From the sequence record PZ296772.1: a stretch of DNA of 64,000 bases, one strand, 5' to 3'. The translations under genes were made by a program, and so were the position numbers. Shown here piece after piece: positions 57,037-64,000 of this stretch; the first letter of the stretch is position 1, and each line of letters starts with the position of its first letter. Under the pieces are notes generated by a model. The model was given only the letters and a program-made list of their open reading frames with translations. It was not told the origin of the DNA and searched no databases. The DNA comes from a phage.

Positions 57037-57290
57037 CTTTAGATGAATTTAACAATGCTGGGCTCGGGCTTGAAGTTGAAATAGACGTTAAAGATGATGA
57101 TGGATTCGAGAACACCATCAAGTATTGGATTGAGCCATTACGCGTTGAAGGCAATGAAGTTAAAGCAGTTCATGTCTGCACCGACTGGGCTATTGAATTT
57201 AGCTTTAATATAATGGACAACGATACTCCCGGCTCTATTCTTAAAATGGCTGAAGCGTGTATCGAGGATGCGTATAATGACGAAGACTGA
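57033..57290 (+). CDS. Hypothetical acidic protein
   Basis: 85-aa ORF, ATGA-coupled to gene 47. Confidence 0.5.
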   Translation: MTLDEFNNAGLGLEVEIDVKDDDGFENTIKYWIEPLRVEGNEVKAVHVCTDWAIEFSFNIMDNDTPGSILKMAEACIEDAYNDED

Positions 57291-57516
57291 TTATAAAATC
57301 CATCGTCATGAATTTAGTATTGGTGACGGTTATATTGGTATCGTTGAATGGACTGAGAATTACGAGGAATCAACTCCTCGTTTCTTTGGAACAATGTATG
57401 TTACCTGTGAGTACGCACCAGGTGTTGTTATGTATGCAGAACTAGATGAATATTTTGCTGATAGAGATGACATGTTAAAATATGTAGAGGACTTCATTCG
57501 AAGAGAATACATATGA
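57277..57516 (+). CDS. Hypothetical protein
   Basis: 79-aa product from MTKTDYKIHRHEF. Confidence 0.5.
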   Translation: MTKTDYKIHRHEFSIGDGYIGIVEWTENYEESTPRFFGTMYVTCEYAPGVVMYAELDEYFADRDDMLKYVEDFIRREYI

Positions 57517-59201
57517 AATCATTTAAATTAAATCGTGTTCGTTATCAAAACATCATGTCGGTAGGTGGGAATCCTATTGATATCCAATTAGATAAAGTCC
57601 AAAAGACATTAATCACCGGTAAAAACGGCGGTGGTAAATCTACGATGTTAGAAGCCATTACTTTCGGACTTTTCGGTAAACCATTTCGTGATGTTAAGAA
57701 AGGACAAATCATTAACAGCACGAATAAGAAAGAGCTCTTAGTTGAGCTTTGGATGGAATTCGATGATAAAAAATACTTCATTAAACGCGGCCAAAAGCCC
57801 AATATTTTCGAAATCTCCGTTGACGGTGTTCGTCTTGATGAATCTGCCAGCAGTCGGGACTTCCAAGAAGAATTTGAACGTAGCATCGGAATGTCATACG
57901 CGTCTTTTAAACAAATCGTTGTGCTTGGGACGGCAGGGTATACCCCTTTCATGGCTCTTAGCACCCCTGCTCGTAGAAAACTTGTCGAAGACCTTTTAGA
58001 AGTCGGCACACTCGCTGAAATGGATAAAATCAATAAGTCTCAAGTTCGAGAACTTAATTCCCAGGGACAAGTTCTAGATGCCAAGAAAGATGGTATTATC
58101 CAACAAATTAAGATTTATAACGAGAATATTGAACGTCAAAAGAAATTATCTGGTGATAATGTAGCGCGTCTACAGAATATGTATGACGATCTAGCCAAAG
58201 AAGCTCGTTCATTAAAAGCAGAAATCGAAGAAGCTAATGAGCGACTACTTAATATCGTTCTTGATGAAGACCCTACTGAGGCATTCAACAAGATCGGACA
58301 AGAAGCATTCTTGATTAAATCTAAAATTGACTCATATAACAAAGTTATTAAGATGTATCATGATGGCGGTACATGTCCTACTTGTGCATCACAGTTGCAC
58401 CAGGGTGATCCTATTGTCTCTAAGATTACCGATAAGCTTCACGAATGTAATCACTCATTCGAGCAACTTACATGTCACAGAGATAATCTGAGTGTCCTAG
58501 TGGACGAATATAGAGCTAATGTTAAGACTAAACAGGACCTTGCATCTGATATTCGTACCAAGAAACAAGCAATGATTGCCACTATTGATAAAGCTAAGAA
58601 AGTTAAAGCTGCAATAGAGCAAGCCTCAGCAGAATTTATCGACCATGCTGATGAGATAGCTTTGCTTCAAAAAGAACTTGATAAAATCATTAAAACAAAA
58701 TCAGACATCGTTCTTGAAAAATACCATCGTGGTATTATCACAGATATGTTAAAAGATTCTGGTATTAAAGGTGCTATCATTAAAAAATATGTGCCTTTGT
58801 TCAACAAGCAGATTAACCATTATCTTAAAATCATGGAAGCTGATTACGTGTTTTCTATTGACGAAGAATTCAATGAATCTATAAAATCACGTGGTCGTGA
58901 AGACTTTAGTTATGCTTCATTTAGTCAAGGTGAAAAGGCCCGTATCGATATCGCACTGTTGTTTACATGGCGAGATATTGCTGAAAAGGTCTCTGGTGTT
59001 AAAATCAACACTCTGATTCTTGATGAGGTTTTTGATGGTGCTGTCGATTCTGAGGCTGTTAAGGCTATAGATACCATCCTTGGTAGTTTACAAAATACTA
59101 ATGTGTTCATTATCTCTCATCGAGATCATGACCCTCAACGTTATGGACAACATCTTCAAATGAGCAAAGTTGGACGATTTACTGTAATGACTGTTTCATA
59201 A
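57513..59201 (+). CDS. 46: Recombination endonuclease subunit gp46 (Rad50-like ATPase)
   Basis: 562-aa ORF: Walker A GKNGGGKST, central coiled coil with zinc hook CPTC, signature FSQGEKARIDIALL, Walker B LILDEVFDG. Confidence 0.95.
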   Translation: MKSFKLNRVRYQNIMSVGGNPIDIQLDKVQKTLITGKNGGGKSTMLEAITFGLFGKPFRDVKKGQIINSTNKKELLVELWMEFDDKKYFIKRGQKPNIFEISVDGVRLDESASSRDFQEEFERSIGMSYASFKQIVVLGTAGYTPFMALSTPARRKLVEDLLEVGTLAEMDKINKSQVRELNSQGQVLDAKKDGIIQQIKIYNENIERQKKLSGDNVARLQNMYDDLAKEARSLKAEIEEANERLLNIVLDEDPTEAFNKIGQEAFLIKSKIDSYNKVIKMYHDGGTCPTCASQLHQGDPIVSKITDKLHECNHSFEQLTCHRDNLSVLVDEYRANVKTKQDLASDIRTKKQAMIATIDKAKKVKAAIEQASAEFIDHADEIALLQKELDKIIKTKSDIVLEKYHRGIITDMLKDSGIKGAIIKKYVPLFNKQINHYLKIMEADYVFSIDEEFNESIKSRGREDFSYASFSQGEKARIDIALLFTWRDIAEKVSGVKINTLILDEVFDGAVDSEAVKAIDTILGSLQNTNVFIISHRDHDPQRYGQHLQMSKVGRFTVMTVS

Positions 59202-59203
59202 AC

Positions 59204-59236
59204 GCTTTAACACGATGTGGTTATAATGACCACATC
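59204..59236 (+). promoter_or_regulatory. Middle-promoter-like element (CGCTTTA box + TATAAT with GATGTGGT/ACCACATC inverted repeat)
   Basis: Box 59204-59210, -10 59222-59227, 8-bp inverted repeat flanking the -10. Confidence 0.45.
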
Positions 59237-59255
59237 AAATTAAATGGAGAACAAC

Positions 59256-59444
59256 ATGGAGTATTCAACTGGCCAACATCTTCTCGTTGTCCCTGAAATT
59301 AAAAAATATGTTTTGACCAATACGTTTTCAGGTGAAGAACATATTGTTACTGAACAAATGCTCAAATCTGCTTTTAAAGATGAGTATAATAAAATAATGT
59401 CTAATCGCAATTCCGCCTGGACAGTTACCGACTTCTACGAATAA
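59256..59444 (+). CDS. Small protein in gene 45.2 position
   Basis: 62-aa product from MEYSTGQHLLVVPEIKK; position between 46 and rpbA. Confidence 0.5.
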   Translation: MEYSTGQHLLVVPEIKKYVLTNTFSGEEHIVTEQMLKSAFKDEYNKIMSNRNSAWTVTDFYE

Positions 59445-59456
59445 GAGAGAAATAAT

Positions 59457-59873
59457 ATGTTTACTACTGCTAAAGGTTTCACTGCTGCTGATCTGAAAGT
59501 TACTTCTATCCGTACTGACGTTAACCCACATAACCATAATCGTGTTCGTAAAGCATGGGTCCTGCATTGTGATGACGCAAGTGCTAAAAAACTTCAATCT
59601 TTGCCACAAGAAACTCGTTTTATGATTTATGGTTTTATTGATAACGATGTATCTGATATGTGGATTCATCTGATGCGTAAGCACTATAAAGATTCTATTG
59701 AAGCTGGCGGAAAAATCGTTCTTGATAAAGACGGTTCTGAGCGTCTGGAAGATTTATATTGTGTTGATGCAGACGAACAACTAATTGCAGCTGGCGAAAT
59801 TGTTGCTTCTAAAATTCCAGAATATATTGAATCATTGCCTGAAGCTATTAAAAAGCAGATGGTTGCTGCATAA
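59457..59873 (+). CDS. rpbA: RNA polymerase binding protein RpbA (by synteny)
   Basis: 138-aa ORF immediately upstream of gene 45. Confidence 0.65.
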   Translation: MFTTAKGFTAADLKVTSIRTDVNPHNHNRVRKAWVLHCDDASAKKLQSLPQETRFMIYGFIDNDVSDMWIHLMRKHYKDSIEAGGKIVLDKDGSERLEDLYCVDADEQLIAAGEIVASKIPEYIESLPEAIKKQMVAA

Positions 59874-59915
59874 TAAATTTGTTATAAACTTTGAATTGTC
59901 TTGAAAGGAAATAAA

Positions 59916-60602
59916 ATGAAACTGTCTAAAGATACTATTGCTATTCTGAAAAACTTTGCCTCTATTAACTCCGGTATTCTGCTGAGTCAAGGTAAATTTA
60001 TTATGACTCGTGCAGTTAATGGCACTACTTATGCGGAAGCAAATATCTCTGATGAAATTGATTTTGACGTAGCACTTTATGATTTGAATAGCTTCTTAAG
60101 CATTTTGAGTCTAGTGTCTGATGATGCTGAAATTTCAATGCACACTGATGGTAATATTAAAATTGCAGATACACGTTCCACAGTTTATTGGCCTGCCGCT
60201 GACAAGAGCACTATTGTTTTTCCTAATAAGCCAATTCAATTCCCAGTGGCTTCTGTGATTACTGAAATTAAAGCCGAAGACCTTCAACAATTGCTTCGAG
60301 TTTCACGTGGTCTTCAGATTGATACAATTGCTATTACAAATAAAGATGGTAAAATTGTTATCAATGGCTATAATAAAGTTGAAGATTCAGGACTAACTCG
60401 TCCTAAGTATTCTTTGACTCTTACCGATTATGATGGTTCTAACAACTTTAACTTCGTAATCAATATGGCTAATATGAAAATCCAGCCAGGTAACTATAAA
60501 GTAATGCTGTGGGGAGCCGGTGATAAAGTTGCAGCCAAGTTTGAAAGCTCTCAAGTAAGTTATATTATTGCGATGGAAGCCGATTCTACCCACGACTTCT
60601 AA
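59916..60602 (+). CDS. 45: Sliding clamp gp45
   Basis: 228-aa product MKLSKDTIAILKNFASINSGILL...; same length as T4 gp45. Confidence 0.95.
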   Translation: MKLSKDTIAILKNFASINSGILLSQGKFIMTRAVNGTTYAEANISDEIDFDVALYDLNSFLSILSLVSDDAEISMHTDGNIKIADTRSTVYWPAADKSTIVFPNKPIQFPVASVITEIKAEDLQQLLRVSRGLQIDTIAITNKDGKIVINGYNKVEDSGLTRPKYSLTLTDYDGSNNFNFVINMANMKIQPGNYKVMLWGAGDKVAAKFESSQVSYIIAMEADSTHDF

Positions 60603-60677
60603 GTCAAAGCTTTACGTTTAATGTAGTACGATTATGGAGGAGAAATCCTCCAGTTTAATGATAATGAGGAAAATTAC

Positions 60678-61640
60678 ATGATTACTATCAATTCCAAAGA
60701 ACACATTCTAGAACAGAAATATCGTCCTTCTTCCATTGACGAATGTATTCTGCCTGCGTATGACCATGAAACATTCAAGTCTTTAGTATCTAAAGGAAAA
60801 CTTCCTCATATTATTTTGCACTCTCCTTCTCCTGGTACAGGTAAAACAACTGTAGCAAAAGCATTATGTAATGATATCAATGCCGAAATGATGTTCGTCA
60901 ACGGTTCTGATTGTAAGATTGATTTTGTGCGTGGCCCGTTAACTGCATTCGCTCGTTCAGTCTCAATGGAAGGCAAGCCTAAAGTTATTGTTATTGATGA
61001 ATTCGACCGTAGTGGTCTCGCCGAATCACAACGTCACCTTCGTACGTTTATGGAAGAATTCTCTAGTAACTGCTCTATTGTTATTACTGCTAACAACATC
61101 GATGGAATTATTGAACCATTACGTAGTCGTTGTCGAGTTATCGAATTCGGACGTCCAACCGAAGAAGATAAAATCTCGATGATGAAGAAAATGATTCATC
61201 GTATGGTTGAAATCTGTAAGAATGAAAATATCGAAATCGCTGATATGAAAGTTGTTGCAGCTCTGGTTAAAAAGAACTTCCCGGACTTTCGTCGTACAAT
61301 TGGTCAATTAGACCAGTACTCGTCTAAAGGTGTTCTTGATGCAGGTATTCTGTCTATCGTAACTAATGACCGTGGCACAGTCTCTGACGTTATCGAAGCA
61401 ATGAAGAATAAAGATATCAAACAGCTTCGTGCATTAGCTCCAAAATATGCTGCAGATTATTCATGGTTCATCGATAAATTAGTTTCAGAATGTTATGACC
61501 AAGTTGCACCTGGTAAAAGTATTATTTCGCTTTACGAAATTGCAGGCGAAAATAATAAGTTTCATGGACTAGCAAGTAATATTGAATTACATGTTATGTA
61601 TATGCTTCTTCAACTGACCTGCGAACTGACTTGGAAATAA
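60678..61640 (+). CDS. 44: Clamp loader large subunit gp44
   Basis: 320-aa ORF with Walker [11 protein letters not shown], Walker [12 protein letters not shown] motif. Confidence 0.95.
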   Translation: MITINSKEHILEQKYRPSSIDECILPAYDHETFKSLVSKGKLPHIILHSPSPGTGKTTVAKALCNDINAEMMFVNGSDCKIDFVRGPLTAFARSVSMEGKPKVIVIDEFDRSGLAESQRHLRTFMEEFSSNCSIVITANNIDGIIEPLRSRCRVIEFGRPTEEDKISMMKKMIHRMVEICKNENIEIADMKVVAALVKKNFPDFRRTIGQLDQYSSKGVLDAGILSIVTNDRGTVSDVIEAMKNKDIKQLRALAPKYAADYSWFIDKLVSECYDQVAPGKSIISLYEIAGENNKFHGLASNIELHVMYMLLQLTCELTWK

Positions 61641-61641
61641 T

Positions 61642-62205
61642 ATGAACTTATTTGATGATGACGTCCAGCTTAACGAGCACCAAATTGCATGGAAGTCTAA
61701 TGACGCTGATGCGATCCAAAAATGTGCTGATATGTTTAAAGAAAAACCTGAGAATGAATTCTTTAAAATCATTAATGCTATTAATGAAAAGAAACCTATG
61801 TCAATTGCTCAGGTCGACTACTCAAAATTTATGGTTGAGAACTCATTATCCCAGTTCCCAGAATGTATGCCAGCTGTTTACATGATGAACTTAGTCGGTT
61901 CTGAATTAAGTGATGAAGCGCACTTCAACTATATGATGGCGGCAATTCCGCGTGGTCGACGATTCTCTAAATGGGCTAAACTAGTAGAAGACACTTCAGA
62001 GTTACTAGTTATCAAACTGTTGATGAAACATTACACAATCAACATGAATGATGCTACCGAGTATAAGCGGCTCCTTGAAAAAAATAACAAGTTGCCAATA
62101 GTCCTTAAAGAACTGAAGGCCATGGTCACTGATGAATTTCTCAAAGAAGTTACCAAAAACGTGAAAGAACAAAAACAATTTAAAAAATTAGCATTGGAAT
62201 GGTAA
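61642..62205 (+). CDS. 62: Clamp loader small subunit gp62
   Basis: 187-aa ORF following gene 44 with 1-nt gap; same length as T4 gp62. Confidence 0.9.
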   Translation: MNLFDDDVQLNEHQIAWKSNDADAIQKCADMFKEKPENEFFKIINAINEKKPMSIAQVDYSKFMVENSLSQFPECMPAVYMMNLVGSELSDEAHFNYMMAAIPRGRRFSKWAKLVEDTSELLVIKLLMKHYTINMNDATEYKRLLEKNNKLPIVLKELKAMVTDEFLKEVTKNVKEQKQFKKLALEW

Positions 62206-62207
62206 AA

Positions 62208-62576
62208 ATGATTGAAATTAAATTGAAGAACCCCGAAGATTTTCTGAAAGTCAAAGAGACTTTGACCCGTATGGGCATCGCTAATAACAAGGATAAAGTT
62301 CTTTATCAGTCCTGTCATATCCTCCAAAAGCAAGGTAAGTACTATATCGTCCACTTTAAAGAAATGTTGCGTATGGATGGACGTCAGGTTGATATCGACG
62401 GTGAAGACTATCAGCGACGTGATTCGATTGCCCAGTTGCTTGAAGACTGGGGATTGATTATTATTGAAGACTCTGCTCGTGAAGATCTATTTAGTCTGAC
62501 TAATAACTTCCGAGTTATCTCTTTTAAACAGAAAGATGACTGGACTTTGAAAGCAAAATATACAATTGGTAATTAA
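62208..62576 (+). CDS. regA: Translational repressor RegA
   Basis: 122-aa product MIEIKLKNPEDFLKVKETLTRMGIANNKDKVLYQSCHIL... Confidence 0.93.
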   Translation: MIEIKLKNPEDFLKVKETLTRMGIANNKDKVLYQSCHILQKQGKYYIVHFKEMLRMDGRQVDIDGEDYQRRDSIAQLLEDWGLIIIEDSAREDLFSLTNNFRVISFKQKDDWTLKAKYTIGN

Positions 62577-62580
62577 AGCA

Positions 62581-62600
62581 ATGGGACTTCGGTCCCATTT
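62581..62600 (+). terminator. Stem-loop after regA
   Basis: AUGGGAC-UUCG-GUCCCAU hairpin; followed by UUGG and a TATAAT (62605-62610). Confidence 0.45.
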
Positions 62601-62657
62601 GGAGTATAATAAGTTCATCAACAAACAAAAGACAATAACTCGTCTAAAGGAAATTAA

Positions 62658-64000
62658 ATGAAAGAATTTTACTTAACGGTTGAACAGATTGGTGATTCAA
62701 TTTTTGAACGTTACATCGATTCTAATGGCCGTGAACGTACTCGTGAAGTAGAATATAAACCATCACTGTTTGCTCATTGTCCAGAAAGTCAGGCTACGAA
62801 ATATTTCGATATCTACGGTAAGCCGTGTACTCGTAAGTTGTTCGCTAATATGCGTGATGCCTCCCAATGGATTAAACGCATGGAAGATATCGGACTTGAA
62901 GCACTTGGCATGGACGATTTCAAATTGGCGTATTTGTCTGACACTTATAACTATGAAATCAAATACGACCATACAAAAATTCGTGTGGCTAACTTCGACA
63001 TCGAAGTAACATCTCCGGATGGGTTCCCTGAGCCGTCACAAGCAAAACATCCAATTGATGCTATCACCCATTATGACTCAATTGATGACAGGTTTTATGT
63101 ATTTGACCTTTTGAATTCTCCATACGGTAATGTGGAAGAATGGTCTATCGAAATTGCGGCTAAGCTTCAAGAACAAGGTGGTGATGAAGTTCCATCCGAA
63201 ATTATCGATAAAATCATTTATATGCCGTTCGATAACGAAAAAGAATTGTTGATGGAATATCTCAACTTCTGGCAACAGAAAACTCCTGTCATTTTGACTG
63301 GATGGAACGTTGAGTCATTTGATATTCCATATGTGTATAACCGAATCAAGAATATTTTTGGCGAATCAACTGCGAAACGTTTATCACCACATCGTAAAAC
63401 TCGTGTTAAAGTTATCGAAAACATGTATGGTTCTCGTGAAATCATTACATTGTTCGGTATCTCTGTTCTTGATTACATTGACCTTTACAAAAAATTCTCT
63501 TTTACCAATCAACCGTCATATTCTCTGGATTACATTTCAGAATTTGAATTGAACGTTGGTAAACTGAAATACGACGGCCCTATTTCTAAGCTTCGTGAAA
63601 GCAATCACCAACGATATATTTCTTATAACATTATCGACGTGTATCGTGTATTGCAAATTGATGCTAAGCGTCAGTTCATCAACTTGAGCTTGGACATGGG
63701 TTATTATGCTAAAATTCAGATTCAATCCGTGTTCAGTCCAATTAAAACTTGGGACGCTATTATTTTTAATAGCCTTAAAGAACAAAACAAGGTGATTCCA
63801 CAAGGTCGTTCGCATCCAGTTCAACCTTACCCAGGTGCTTTTGTTAAGGAACCTATTCCAAATCGATACAAATATGTTATGAGCTTCGACCTCACATCTC
63901 TGTATCCAAGTATTATTCGCCAAGTGAATATTAGTCCGGAAACAATAGCAGGAACGTTTAAAGTAGCTCCATTGCATGATTATATTAACGCTGTTGCTGA
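62658..64000 (+). CDS. 43: DNA polymerase gp43, N-terminal part (continues beyond window end)
   Basis: Open frame from ATG 62658 to window edge (not in ORF track because no stop); MKEFYLTVEQIGDSIFERYID... with exonuclease motifs FDIEV and YNIIDV. Confidence 0.93.
   Translation, partial: MKEFYLTVEQIGDSIFERYIDSNGRERTREVEYKPSLFAHCPESQATKYFDIYGKPCTRKLFANMRDASQWIKRMEDIGLEALGMDDFKLAYLSDTYNYEIKYDHTKIRVANFDIEVTSPDGFPEPSQAKHPIDAITHYDSIDDRFYVFDLLNSPYGNVEEWSIEIAAKLQEQGGDEVPSEIIDKIIYMPFDNEKELLMEYLNFWQQKTPVILTGWNVESFDIPYVYNRIKNIFGESTAKRLSPHRKTRVKVIENMYGSREIITLFGISVLDYIDLYKKFSFTNQPSYSLDYISEFELNVGKLKYDGPISKLRESNHQRYISYNIIDVYRVLQIDAKRQFINLSLDMGYYAKIQIQSVFSPIKTWDAIIFNSLKEQNKVIPQGRSHPVQPYPGAFVKEPIPNRYKYVMSFDLTSLYPSIIRQVNISPETIAGTFKVAPLHDYINAVA

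Noticed and set aside
60607-60655. GGAGGA-GAAA-TCCTCC stem-loop upstream of gene 44 as a terminator
   Set aside because: No U-tract follows it, and it sits in the leader of gene 44, so it is more likely a structured 5' UTR element; function not assignable.
62763-63977. Minus-strand ORFs (69-146 aa) at the window end
   Set aside because: They are antisense to the open gp43 DNA polymerase frame, which is absent from the ORF track only because it has no stop inside the window.

Overview
This window is a T4-like (Tevenvirinae) myovirus genome segment, recognised from protein motifs, ORF lengths and T4 gene order; the T4 comparisons are from memory and no database search was run. The first 14 kb carries the late baseplate/tail-fibre operon on the minus strand (12 truncated at the window start, then 11, 10, 9, 8, 7, 6, 5.4 PAAR, 5.1, 5, 53) with TATAAATA late promoters. 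Everything from 14.0 kb onward is on the plus strand: 4, 2, 3, 1, 57A, 57B (Acb1-type 2H phosphoesterase), then about 30 kb of accessory early genes, then 49, an intron-split nrdD carrying a GIY-YIG-like homing endonuclease, nrdG, 55, 47, 46, rpbA, 45, 44, 62, regA and the 5' part of 43. The accessory block (17.5-47 kb) holds two tRNAs, nudE, lysozyme e, denV, tk, nrdC and a GrcA-like glycyl-radical protein scattered among roughly 60 ORFs of no recognisable function, punctuated by at least 25 copies of an early-promoter cassette with an inverted repeat around the -10 (PeSL-like). The items most worth follow-up are: six ORFs with T4-type capsid-targeting leaders (candidate injected effectors); a set of small membrane proteins sharing a C-terminal FIxECR tail, adjacent to a tandem triplet of GWVSSSxxC paralogs; a secreted SLT-like protein next to a macro-domain protein; a nucleotidyltransferase-fold protein next to an AAA+ ATPase; and a late-promoter membrane-protein gene bracketed by identical 36-bp terminator repeats. 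None of these is proven to be a new system; they are hypotheses from motifs and layout.
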